DNA from: Xylanibacter ruminicola 23
GTDB taxonomy: Bacteria > Bacteroidota > Bacteroidia > Bacteroidales > Bacteroidaceae
Assembly (NCBI RefSeq): GCF_000025925.1
Contig: NC_014033.1
Span: 30,001 to 62,000, forward strand
Direction of reading: 5' to 3'
Length of the DNA stretch: 32,000 nucleotides
The translations under genes and the position numbers were made by a program. The notes beneath the pieces are model-generated. The model was not told the DNA's origin. It did no database searches and saw only the letters and a list, made by a program, of their open reading frames with translations. Below, one piece after another: positions 8,762-19,296 of the stretch (position 1 is the first letter of the stretch; each line of letters starts with the position of its first letter).

Positions 8762-8784
8762 GAATTGAAGATTTGAAGAATTAA

Positions 8785-10280
<1,496 letters not shown>

Positions 10281-10281
<1 letters not shown>

Positions 10282-11717
10282 TGATGAGACAACTCACCAT
10301 AGCCCTTTCATTGTTTGCTGCGATTACCTCGCAGCAAACATTGGCACAGACTACCGACCCGGTTGTAATGACCGTGGCCGGTGTTCCTGTTTCTCGTTCA
10401 GAGTTCGAGTATTCGTACAATAAGAACAATGGCGAAGGGGTAATCGACAAACTGTCGGTGGATGAGTATGTCACCTTATTTATAAATTATAAGCTGAAGG
10501 TGGCTGCAGCCCTCGATGCTAAACTCGATACGCTGTCGTCGTTCCGTCAGGAATACCAGATGTATCGCGACCAGCAGGTGCGCCCAACGATGGTGACCGA
10601 TGCCGAGGTGCTTGATCAGGCCCGACAGATGTACGAACGCACTCAGGCGATGATTGGCTCGAAAGGATTGGTACGCCCAGCGCACATCCTATTAAAGTTG
10701 TCGACGCAAGCTACCGTTCAGCAGCAGGAAAAGATACACCAGCGTATCGATTCTGTTTATCGTGCCCTGCAAGCAGGAGCTGATTTCGCGGAATTGGCCA
10801 AGAAGGTTTCTGAAGATACTGGTTCGGCTGTCCGTGGAGGCGAACTGCCTTGGATTGCACCTTCACAAACACTGAAGGAGTTCGAGGATGTGGCTTATTC
10901 GCTGGCACCTGGTCAGTTAAGTCAGCCATTCCTGAGTCCTGTTGGTTACCACATCATCTTGATGAAAGAACGTAAACAACTGGAACCATTCGACTCGTTG
11001 AAACAGAGCATTGTTGCATCGCTTGAGCGTCATGGTATCCGTAACGAGATTGCAGATATGAAGTTACGTAACCGTGTGGCAGCGTCGGCAGGCAAGCTGA
11101 AGCCCAATGATGTGATGCAGCAGAAAGCCGATTCGGTAGCTGCTGCCAACAGCGAGCTGAAATATCTGTTTAAAGAGTATCACGACGGTTTGTTGCTTTA
11201 CGAAATCAGCAACCGCGAGGTGTGGAGCAAAGCCCAGAATGATGAAATTGCACTGAAGGCTTGGTTCGACACCCATAAAAAGAAATACACATGGAAGGAA
11301 CCCCGTTACCGCGGCATTGCCTACCACGTGAAAACCAAGCAAGATGTAAAGGCTGTAAAGCAATGTGTAAAGAATCTGCCTTTCGATCAGTGGGCAGAGG
11401 CTTTGCGTACTACCTTTAACCCCGATTCTGTGATCCGCATCCGTGTGGAGAAAGGACTGTTTAAACTTGGCGATAATCCTACCATTGATAAGATGGTGTT
11501 TAAGCAGGCTACCAGTTCAACATCTGATGCTAATTATCCCATCGATGCTGTATATGGCAAGAAACTGAAGCGTCCAGATAACTATCAGGATGTGCGTCAG
11601 CAAGTGGTTGAGGATCTGCAGGATTACCTGGAGCAGGAGTGGGTTGAAGCCTTACGCCATCGTTATCAGGTAGAAGTGAATCAAGAAGTATTGAAAACTG
11701 TAAATAAACATCTATGA
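10281..11717 (+). CDS. periplasmic peptidyl-prolyl isomerase (parvulin/PpiC-type, SurA/PpiD-like)
   Basis: Signal peptide (LFAAITSQQTLAQ) and a parvulin core ARPAHILLK...GGELPWIAPSQTLKEFEDVAY...GYHIILMKERK. Its start overlaps the guaB stop (TAATG). Confidence 0.85.
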
Positions 11718-13093
11718 GTATTATAAAGAAAGTAATGACACTGGCGCTTCTGGCCTTGCCTTTGGTAGCTACTGCCCAGAAGAAGGATTCTATTGGTACC
11801 GTCATCGACGAAGTGGTATGGGTGGTTGGCGATGAAGCCATCCTCCGTTCGGATGTTGAAGCCCTGCGCATGCAGTCGGCTATGGAAGGTGTAAAATGGA
11901 GTGGAAACCCCGACTGCACTATTCCAGAGCAGATTGCAGTTCAGAAACTGTTCAAGCACCAGGCTCAGATTGATAGTATTGAGGTGACCGATGCCGATGT
12001 GGCACAGGAGGTAGAGCAGCAGATTAGCTACTGGCTCGAGATGGTTGATGGTTCACGTGAGCGCCTCGAGGAGTACAAGCACCAGAACCTGACACAGATT
12101 CGTGCCGACCTGCGCGAGGAAATGAAAGATCGTCAGATGGTACAGAAAATGAAGCAGAAGCTTGTTGAGGATATTGCCGTTACACCTGCTGAGGTTCGTC
12201 GCTATTTCAGTGCCCTGCCACAGGATAGTCTGCCTTTTGTTCCTACCGAGGTTGAAGTACAGATTGTACAGCTTACCCCAAAGATTGAACAGGAGGAACT
12301 GAACCGTGTAAAGGATGAACTGCGTAACTATACAGAGCGTGTAAATAAGGGTGAAACCCGATTCCAGACTTTGGCACAGTTGTATTCTGAGGACCCAGGT
12401 TCTGCTCGTCGTGGTGGTGAGCTCGGTCTGATGGGACGTGGTACCCTTGATCCTGCCTTTGCTGCTGTTGCTTTCAATCTTACCGATCCTAAAAAGGTGT
12501 CGAAGATTGTTGAGTCGGAGTTCGGTTTCCATATCATCCAGCTGATTGAGAAGCGTGGTGACAAGGTGAATGTACGTCATATCCTGCGTAAGCCTGTGGT
12601 ATCGCAGGAGTCTGTTGACCGTGCTTTGGGTCGTCTGGATTCTATTGCGGCCGATTTGCGTGCCGAGAAATTCAGCTTTGAGGATGCTGCCTCACTGATT
12701 TCTGACGATAAGGATACCCGTAACGCCAAGGGACTGTTGAGTACCGATCAGATGCGTACTGGTAAGACCTCATCTAAGTTCCGTATGCAGGACCTGCCTG
12801 CTGAGATTGCCAAGGCTGTTGATACACTGAAGGTGGGTGAGATCTCTAATGCCTTCCAGATGATTAACCAGCGTGGTAAGACCGTATGTGTGATTGCTAA
12901 GCTGAAGAGTCGTACCGAAGGTCATAAGGCCTCTGTAACCGAGGACTTCCAGATTATGAAGGACGTGGTGCTGAATAAGCGTCGTGAGGACCGTATCCAT
13001 CAGTGGGTAGTAGATAAGATTAAGAGTACTTATACCCGACTGAACGACGATTATAAGGATTGCAATTTCGAATATGAAGGTTGGATTAAGTAG
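11714..13093 (+). CDS. SurA-like periplasmic chaperone / peptidyl-prolyl isomerase
   Basis: Signal peptide and a parvulin core GGELGLMGRGTLDPAFAAVAF...FGFHIIQLIEKRG. It overlaps the upstream PPIase by ATGA. Confidence 0.85.
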   Translation: MSIIKKVMTLALLALPLVATAQKKDSIGTVIDEVVWVVGDEAILRSDVEALRMQSAMEGVKWSGNPDCTIPEQIAVQKLFKHQAQIDSIEVTDADVAQEVEQQISYWLEMVDGSRERLEEYKHQNLTQIRADLREEMKDRQMVQKMKQKLVEDIAVTPAEVRRYFSALPQDSLPFVPTEVEVQIVQLTPKIEQEELNRVKDELRNYTERVNKGETRFQTLAQLYSEDPGSARRGGELGLMGRGTLDPAFAAVAFNLTDPKKVSKIVESEFGFHIIQLIEKRGDKVNVRHILRKPVVSQESVDRALGRLDSIAADLRAEKFSFEDAASLISDDKDTRNAKGLLSTDQMRTGKTSSKFRMQDLPAEIAKAVDTLKVGEISNAFQMINQRGKTVCVIAKLKSRTEGHKASVTEDFQIMKDVVLNKRREDRIHQWVVDKIKSTYTRLNDDYKDCNFEYEGWIK

Positions 13094-14675
13094 AGCTGCT
13101 CTATTCCTGTCAATCGTTCTGATGGTTGGCTTCGTTTCTGCATTTGCCCAGCAAAAGCAGCAGCGTCGTCGTCCGGCTGCACGTAAAACGGCTAAGGCTA
13201 AGGATACACGTGTGTATCTGGTGCATGCCGATGTGCTGCATTACGACCAGCTGAAGAATCCCGATGCCACCATTCTGAATGGTAAGGTACATTTTACACA
13301 TCAGGGTGCCCGATTGTATTGCGATAGTGCCTATTTCTATGAGGCTAGCAATTCGTTCGAGGCGTTCGGACATGTGAAGATGTACCAGGGCGATACGCTC
13401 TCGCTGTTGAGCGATTATGCTTATTACGATGGTAACGAGCAGATGGCTCGTGCCCGTTATAATGTGGTGCTGAAGCATAAGAAGACCACTCTTTATACCG
13501 ATAGCCTTGATTACGACCGTTTGTATGATAATGCCTACTTCTTTGAGGGTGGAAAGATGATTGACGGTAAGACTACGCTTACCTCCGACTGGGGAGAATA
13601 TAACACCAAGAGCAAAATGTCGGTATTCAATTACGATGTGAAGATGAAGAGTCCCAAGTTCTTCCTCACTACCGATACTCTTTATTACGACACCCGTTTG
13701 TCGATGGCTCATATTGTTGGTCCGTCGAATATCACCTCGGGAGAGAGCCATATCTATTCCGAGCAAGGCTATTATGATACCAAGAACGACCGTGCCCGCC
13801 TGATGAACCGCTCGGTTCTCTCTAATCAGGGAAAGATGATGGTGGGAGATAGTGTGTACTACGACAGCAAACAGGGCTTTAGCCAGGCCTTCCGCAACGT
13901 TGTGTATGTGGATTCTGTAAACAAGAATAAACTTACAGGTAACTATGGCGAGTACTACGAGAATACCGGTTTTGCGCTGTGTACGGATAGTGCCGTAGCC
14001 ATCGACTACTCGCAGGGCGACTCGTTGTTTATGCATGCCGATACATTTAAGGTGGTAACCTATAATATTGAAACCGATTCGGTGTATCGCAAAATCTTTG
14101 CTTTCCATCATGTGCGTGCATTCCGAAACGATGTGCAGGCTGTTTGCGACTCACTTATCTATAACTCGCTCGATTCGTGTATGACGCTCTATCACGATCC
14201 TATCGTGTGGAACAATAACCAGCAGTTGGTGGGCGACCGTATCGAGGTGTTTATGAAAGATTCGCTGATCGATCATGCCCATGTTATCGACAACTGTTTC
14301 TCGATACAACAACTTCGTAGCGATACTACGCTTTATAATCAGGTGTCGTCGAAGGAGATGTTTGCCTACTTTATTGATGGTGCCATCCACGAAGCCCAAG
14401 CTAAGGGTAATGTGCTGATAGGTTATTATTTTGAGGAGGGCGACAGCGTGGCGATTATCTATAATTACCAGGAAACATCCGAACTTCGTATGTTCCTGAA
14501 GGACCGTAAACTGCAAAAGGTATGGACACCCAAGAGCAGTGGTACGATGTATCCGCTAAACCAGATCCCTAATGATCGTAAGCATCTGCCAGGCTTTGCG
14601 TGGTATAACTACGTGCGCCCAATGAATCGCTACGACATTTTCAATTGGCGCGAAAAGAAAAGCGTTGAAAACTAA
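13074..14675 (+). CDS. OstA/LptA-like (OstA_2-type) repeat protein, envelope-associated
   Basis: 533 aa. An N-terminal hydrophobic anchor or signal is followed by a basic stretch QQRRRPAARKTAKAK. Eight phased ~29-aa repeats follow, each with an [LIM]xx[DEN]xxxY[YF/DN]x core, as in LptA/LptD-N jellyroll strands. Its start overlaps the SurA-like gene by 20 nt. Confidence 0.75.
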   Translation: MKVGLSRAALFLSIVLMVGFVSAFAQQKQQRRRPAARKTAKAKDTRVYLVHADVLHYDQLKNPDATILNGKVHFTHQGARLYCDSAYFYEASNSFEAFGHVKMYQGDTLSLLSDYAYYDGNEQMARARYNVVLKHKKTTLYTDSLDYDRLYDNAYFFEGGKMIDGKTTLTSDWGEYNTKSKMSVFNYDVKMKSPKFFLTTDTLYYDTRLSMAHIVGPSNITSGESHIYSEQGYYDTKNDRARLMNRSVLSNQGKMMVGDSVYYDSKQGFSQAFRNVVYVDSVNKNKLTGNYGEYYENTGFALCTDSAVAIDYSQGDSLFMHADTFKVVTYNIETDSVYRKIFAFHHVRAFRNDVQAVCDSLIYNSLDSCMTLYHDPIVWNNNQQLVGDRIEVFMKDSLIDHAHVIDNCFSIQQLRSDTTLYNQVSSKEMFAYFIDGAIHEAQAKGNVLIGYYFEEGDSVAIIYNYQETSELRMFLKDRKLQKVWTPKSSGTMYPLNQIPNDRKHLPGFAWYNYVRPMNRYDIFNWREKKSVEN

Positions 14676-14684
14676 GACTGAAAA

Positions 14685-16523
14685 ATGGATTTAATACATC
14701 TTCTTCCCGATAGTGTTGCTAACCAGATTGCCGCTGGTGAGGTAATACAGCGTCCGGCTTCTGTTATCAAGGAGCTGGTTGAGAATTCTGTTGATGCAGG
14801 TGCCAAGACCATCCATGTGATTGTGGTGGATGCTGGTCGTACCTCTATTCAGGTTATCGACGATGGTAAGGGCATGAGTGAGACCGATGCACGATTGGCG
14901 TTCGAGCGCCATGCTACATCGAAGATCTCGCAGGCCGACGATCTGTTTGCCCTGCACACCATGGGATTCCGTGGCGAGGCTTTGGCTTCGATTGCTGCCG
15001 TGGCACAGGTTGAACTGCAAACACGTCGACAGGAAGATGAGATAGGAACCAAGGTTTCAATTGCTGGGTCGAAGGTAACTCGACAGGAACCGGTATCTTG
15101 TCCGGTGGGATCTAACTTTAAGGTTGATAACCTGTTCTTCAATGTACCTGCCCGTCGCAAGTTCCTGAAGACGAATGCTACCGAGCTGAATAATATCTTG
15201 ACAGCTTTCGAGCGTATCGTGCTCGTTTATCCCGATATTCATTTTACCTTGCACAATAATGGGGTAGAGATGCTGAACCTGCGTGCAGGCTCTGTACGTC
15301 AGCGCATTGCAGATGTGTTTGGAAAACAGTATAATCAGGATTTAGTACCTGTTGAGGTGCATACAGCCATGTGTACGGTTTCTGGTTTTGTGGGTAAACC
15401 TGAGGCTGCCCGCAAAAAAACTGGGTGCGACTATTTCTTCGTCAATGGTCGCTTTATGAAGCACCCTTACTTTCACAAGGCTGTGATGAAAGCTTACGAC
15501 CGTTTGGTGCCCGAAGGTATGGCTGTACCTTATTTCTTGTATATAGAAGTAGAGCCAGGCGAGATAGATGTGAACATACATCCTACCAAGACCGAAATTA
15601 AGTTTGAGAATGAACAGGCCATCTGGCAGATTCTGTCGGCAGCTGTTCGTGATGGTATTGGCAAGTACTGCGAAGTGCCTTCGATTGATTTCGATACTCA
15701 GGGACAACCAGACATTCCCTTGTTTGATAGTAACAGCAACACTTTCCAAGATAGTTTTGCTGCGCCCAAGGTTAACTATAACCCAGATTATAATCCGTTT
15801 AAGCAGAGTGGTGGAAGTAGTTCCAGCAGTGTGCCTAATCAGTGGGAGAGTTTGTATCAGGGTGTGGAACAGGGCTCGTTCCGTGAGGAACCTGTACAGC
15901 AACCATCGTTCTTTGACGATGAAAACGTTGTGGCGCCACAGTCGGCTACCGAGATTCTCTCTGAGAAGTCGCCTGCTCACTACCAGTATAAGGGCAAGTA
16001 CCTGATGACGGCAGTAAAATCCGGTCTGATGATTATCGACCAGCATCGTGCCAGCATCCGTGTGCTTTACGATCGTTACCTGAATCAGCACGACGGTCAT
16101 GTTATCAGCACCCAGAAAATGCTGTTCCCTGAAACGATTACATTCTCGCCGTCCGAGGGTGTTACCATGCAGCAGCTGTTGCCCGAACTTACCGCTTATG
16201 GTTTCGACCTGAGCGATTTAGGTGGTAATACCTATGCTGTGAATGGTATTCCTGCTGGACTCGAAGGTATTAATCCGCAGAACCTGCTGCACGACATGCT
16301 GTCATCAACGAGTGCAGCCGATTCGATAGAGGCTATTCATACTGCTTTGGCACTCCGCCTAGCCCAGAGTGCTGCCATTCCTTATGGTCAGATACTGACT
16401 AACGACGAAATTGAGAGCATCATTAACGATCTTTTCTCGTGCTCGAACGTCAATTATACACCCGATGGAAAAGCTATACTTTGCATACTTCCACAGGGCG
16501 ATATTGAGCATTTATTGGGTTAA
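14685..16523 (+). CDS. mutL: DNA mismatch repair protein MutL
   Basis: 612 aa. The GHKL ATPase N-terminus has [31 protein letters not shown] and [10 protein letters not shown]. The C-terminal dimerisation region has [10 protein letters not shown]. Confidence 0.95.
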   Translation: MDLIHLLPDSVANQIAAGEVIQRPASVIKELVENSVDAGAKTIHVIVVDAGRTSIQVIDDGKGMSETDARLAFERHATSKISQADDLFALHTMGFRGEALASIAAVAQVELQTRRQEDEIGTKVSIAGSKVTRQEPVSCPVGSNFKVDNLFFNVPARRKFLKTNATELNNILTAFERIVLVYPDIHFTLHNNGVEMLNLRAGSVRQRIADVFGKQYNQDLVPVEVHTAMCTVSGFVGKPEAARKKTGCDYFFVNGRFMKHPYFHKAVMKAYDRLVPEGMAVPYFLYIEVEPGEIDVNIHPTKTEIKFENEQAIWQILSAAVRDGIGKYCEVPSIDFDTQGQPDIPLFDSNSNTFQDSFAAPKVNYNPDYNPFKQSGGSSSSSVPNQWESLYQGVEQGSFREEPVQQPSFFDDENVVAPQSATEILSEKSPAHYQYKGKYLMTAVKSGLMIIDQHRASIRVLYDRYLNQHDGHVISTQKMLFPETITFSPSEGVTMQQLLPELTAYGFDLSDLGGNTYAVNGIPAGLEGINPQNLLHDMLSSTSAADSIEAIHTALALRLAQSAAIPYGQILTNDEIESIINDLFSCSNVNYTPDGKAILCILPQGDIEHLLG

Positions 16524-16590
16524 AATGTGAATGAAGGTTAAATTCTAACAGATTTCTTGTAAAACATGCGGTAGTTTCAAAAAATCTTCT

Positions 16591-16598
16591 TACCTTTG
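16591..16598 (+). promoter_or_regulatory. -7 promoter box TACCTTTG for tRNA-Val
   Basis: TAnnTTTG, 20 nt upstream of the tRNA 5' end. Confidence 0.6.
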
Positions 16599-16618
16599 CA
16601 CCCGCTTACAAGAAATGA

Positions 16619-16693
16619 GGGCGTTTAGCTCAGCTGGTTTAGAGCATCTGCCTTACAAGCAGAGGGTCGGCGGTTCGAATCCGTCAACGCCCA
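16619..16693 (+). tRNA. tRNA-Val (anticodon TAC)
   Basis: 75 nt. I folded the cloverleaf by hand: acceptor GGGCGTT/AACGCCC, D stem GCTC/GAGC, anticodon stem TCTGC/GCAGA with loop CTTACAA, T arm GGCGG-TTCGAAT-CCGTC, discriminator A. No CCA is encoded. Confidence 0.93.
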
Positions 16694-16705
16694 CAACAAC
16701 AAGTT

Positions 16706-16734
16706 AGGATGTGATTTCGGTCACATCCTTTTTT
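16706..16734 (+). terminator. intrinsic terminator after tRNA-Val
   Basis: 9-bp stem AGGATGTGA / TCACATCCT, 6-nt loop, then T5. Confidence 0.8.
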
Positions 16735-16760
16735 CATTTAACAACAGACATAACTGCCAC

Positions 16761-18149
16761 ATGAAGAAGGTTAAGAATAGCGAACTACTGCTTTCATACA
16801 TCCGTGAAGGACGTGAGATGAGCCAAAGAGAAAAACTTTGGTTGATTGTTAGTTTGAGTATTCCTTCGATCCTGGCACAGATATCAGCTACCATCATGTT
16901 TTTTATCGATGCCTCGATGGTGGGCCATTTGGGTGCCAAGGCATCGGCTTCAATCGGTCTGGTGGAAACTACCGGTTGGCTGTTGGGTGGTTTGGCTTCG
17001 GCAGCTAACATGGGCTTTTCGGTGCAGGTGGCGCATTTTATTGGTGCCAACGACTTTGAGGCGGCCCGTCGTGTCTTGCGCCAGGCTTTAGTGTGCTGTA
17101 TGGTTTGGGCACTATTGATATCCATTACATCGGTAGCTATCAGTCCATTCCTGCCTTATTGGATGGGAGGAACGGCTGAGATTGCCCGCGATGCCTCATT
17201 GTATTTCGGTATTTTCGGAGCTTGTGGTATCTTTTTTCAGATGGAGGGATTGGCAGGTTCTATGCTCAAGTGCTCGGGTAACATGAAGATTCCCTCGATG
17301 TTGAATATCGGCATGTGCGTGATGGATGTGGTGTTTAACTACCTGTTTATTTATATTTTAGGTTTGGGTGTGATGGGTGCTGCCATTGGTACAGGTATGG
17401 CCATGCTGGTTACAGCTAGTCTGATGCTGTATTTCCTATTGGTACGCTCAAAAATGCTCTCATTGGTAGGACGCCCAGGTTCATTCAAGCCAAAAGCTGA
17501 TACCATTGGTACTGCTTTCAGAATTGGTGCCCCCATGGGTTTGCAGCATCTGCTAATGGGATCGGCTCAGATGGTGAGCACGCTGATTGTGGCACCATTG
17601 GGTACGATTGCTATTGCTGCCCATTCGTTGGCTATTACGGTAGAGAGTTTATGCTATATGCCTGGTTTCGGTATTGCCGAGGCTGCCACTACATTGGTGG
17701 GACAGGGTATAGGTGCAGGGCAGAAACAGCTTACCCGCTCGTTTGCCCATATGTCGGTTGGTTTAGGCATGATGGTAATGACACTGATGGGTGTGCTGAT
17801 GTGGACTTTTGCACCACAGTTGATGGCTATCATGTCGCCTGTTGATGAAGTGATAGCTCTGGGTGCTCAGGTTCTGCGTATCGAAGCATGGGCAGAGCCG
17901 ATGTTTGCTGCTGCCATTGTAGTTAACGGTATTTTCGTGGGTGCAGGCGATACCATCATCCCGGCCATCATGAGTTTGGGTTCTATGTGGGCTGTTCGTT
18001 TGTCGTTGGCTGCCACACTGGCTCCCAAATGGGGTTTAATGGGTGTATGGACTGCTATGGCCATCGAACTTACCTTCCGTGGTATTATCTTCCTTGTGCG
18101 CTTGTTCAAAGGAAGTTGGGCTGATAAGTTGAAACTCAAGCAAGCTTAA
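16761..18149 (+). CDS. MATE family efflux transporter
   Basis: 462-aa polytopic membrane protein with a MATE-like N-terminus (LSIPSILAQISATIMFFIDASMVGHLG) and twofold internal organisation. Confidence 0.88.
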   Translation: MKKVKNSELLLSYIREGREMSQREKLWLIVSLSIPSILAQISATIMFFIDASMVGHLGAKASASIGLVETTGWLLGGLASAANMGFSVQVAHFIGANDFEAARRVLRQALVCCMVWALLISITSVAISPFLPYWMGGTAEIARDASLYFGIFGACGIFFQMEGLAGSMLKCSGNMKIPSMLNIGMCVMDVVFNYLFIYILGLGVMGAAIGTGMAMLVTASLMLYFLLVRSKMLSLVGRPGSFKPKADTIGTAFRIGAPMGLQHLLMGSAQMVSTLIVAPLGTIAIAAHSLAITVESLCYMPGFGIAEAATTLVGQGIGAGQKQLTRSFAHMSVGLGMMVMTLMGVLMWTFAPQLMAIMSPVDEVIALGAQVLRIEAWAEPMFAAAIVVNGIFVGAGDTIIPAIMSLGSMWAVRLSLAATLAPKWGLMGVWTAMAIELTFRGIIFLVRLFKGSWADKLKLKQA

Positions 18150-18177
18150 TTCATAATTTACTGTTTTAGTAGATAGC

Positions 18178-18219
18178 AAAAAAAAGCCGCTCAAGGGTCA
18201 TCAACGACTCGAGGGCGGC
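18178..18219 (-). terminator. intrinsic terminator, minus-strand orientation only
   Basis: The minus-strand RNA reads GCCGC-CC-UCGAG, a 12-nt loop, CUUGA-GCGGC, then U8 (the plus-strand A-run 18178-18185). No T-run follows the hairpin on the plus strand. Confidence 0.75.
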
Positions 18220-18478
18220 ACCAACAATCTATGAATAACTAAAAACCTTTTTCTGAGAAAAAACGGAGTGTCACCACTGCGTCTTTGTTATCCTTACTAA
18301 CAAATCTTTTCTAACACCTTAGAAATACCTATCTCCAATTTAACTAATAAACCTAAAACCAAATTCTAACTAACTATTAACTCTAACTAAAACCTAAATC
18401 AATCAATCTTTATATACCTTAACTAATACCTCTGTATTGTTTTCTATGCTTCTATTAAAGAACTCTTGTTTTCTTTTG
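18178..18478 (-). ncRNA. candidate novel non-coding RNA (~300 nt, family unknown), C-depleted and carrying repeats
   Basis: The unit is bounded by a -7 box at 18485-18492 and the terminator at 18178-18219. It has no plausible ORF. The plus strand at 18288-18433 contains a single G. The unit TAACTAA-W(1-3)-ACCT occurs four times. Confidence 0.4.
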
Positions 18479-18484
18479 ACGTTG

Positions 18485-18492
18485 CAAAGGTA
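18485..18492 (-). promoter_or_regulatory. -7 promoter box (TACCTTTG on the minus strand) with no downstream CDS, embedded in a palindrome
   Basis: CAAAGGTA on the plus strand. It sits inside GTTGCAAA (18481-18488)-N12-TTTGCAAC (18501-18508). Confidence 0.5.
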
Positions 18493-18524
18493 CGACGATT
18501 TTTGCAACCACACAAGAAATATGA

Positions 18525-18547
18525 TGTACTTTCCTCAAAAAAGTACA
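18525..18547 (-). terminator. possible hairpin terminator for the clpS-clpA-aat operon
   Basis: 8-bp stem TGTACTTT / AAAGTACA with a 7-nt loop, about 100 nt after the aat stop. The downstream U tract is only partial (UCAUAUUUCUU). Confidence 0.3.
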
Positions 18548-18645
18548 CTTCTTTTGATATACATCAAGCTGTTGTGTGCGAACACAATCGATTTGTGTGC
18601 GAAAACGGGTCTTTTTTACACTTGTTTACAGTGCGCTACAATTTT

Positions 18646-19296
18646 TCACGATTTTAGGAGTCTGATATAGGTTTCGTAGGGTATAAAACGGCCTCCCATG
18701 CGCTTTAAATGTGGTGTTTCAAACTGGCAGTCAATCAGTTTGCCGCCCAGTTTATCGAAGGTTTGTGCCAGATGTATCAGGGCTAACTTTGAGGCGTTGG
18801 GTACTAATGAGAACATACTCTCGCCGAAAAAGGCTGTACCTAGGTTTATGCCGTACAGACCTCCCACTAGTGTCTCGCCCTGCCACACTTCAACACTGGC
18901 AGCAAATCCCTGTCGGTGCATCTCGGTATAGGCCTCAATCATTTCAGGACCTAACCAGGCGCCTTCGTCGTTGTTGCGGTTTTGGGCGGTGGCGCAGCCA
19001 CGTATCACCCCTTCAAAGTCTTGATTGATGGTTATCTGTAGTTCGCCCTTCCTGATAACTTGTTGCATGGAGTGGCTTATATGTACTTCGTTAGGAAATA
19101 TAACGAAGCGCTGCAGCGGACAGTACCATAGCGGCTCCTGCTGGTGTCGGTAGGCAAACCAGGGGAAGAAACCATTGCTGTAGGCTAGCAGAAGTCTGTC
19201 AACAGATAGATCGCCGCCCACAGCCACTAATCCATCCTCTTCGCCAAGGTGTGGATCGGGAAACCACAGATCGTTATCCAATTGATAAACTGCCAT
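18646..19296 (-). CDS. aat: leucyl/phenylalanyl-tRNA--protein transferase
   Basis: 216 aa with Aat-typical motifs GLVAVGGDLSVDRLLLAYSNGFFPWF and GGLYGINLGTAFFGESMF. Its start lies 23 nt inside the clpA 3' end. Confidence 0.93.
   Translation of the reverse strand: MAVYQLDNDLWFPDPHLGEEDGLVAVGGDLSVDRLLLAYSNGFFPWFAYRHQQEPLWYCPLQRFVIFPNEVHISHSMQQVIRKGELQITINQDFEGVIRGCATAQNRNNDEGAWLGPEMIEAYTEMHRQGFAASVEVWQGETLVGGLYGINLGTAFFGESMFSLVPNASKLALIHLAQTFDKLGGKLIDCQFETPHLKRMGGRFIPYETYIRLLKS

Noticed and set aside
16619-18149. A possible genomic island integrated at tRNA-Val (or at tRNA-Gln, 21920-21990).
   Set aside because: There is no integrase, transposase or phage gene next to either tRNA. I found no direct repeat of the tRNA 3' halves nearby. 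The flanking genes (mutL, MATE, clpS, rsfS) are core housekeeping genes.
18288-18296. A DnaA-box-like TTATCCTTA within the AT-rich gap, which raised the idea of a replication origin.
   Set aside because: It is a single 7-of-9 match to TTATCCACA. There is no cluster of boxes, and no dnaA, dnaN or gidA nearby. The promoter and terminator signals explain the region better.
18437-18670. ORFs of 77 aa and 63 aa on the plus strand inside the large intergenic gap.
   Set aside because: They have no -7 box upstream. They begin in the G-poor low-complexity tract, run into the aat 3' end, and have odd composition (Cys/Leu/Phe-rich). A non-coding interpretation of the gap fits the promoter and terminator geometry better.
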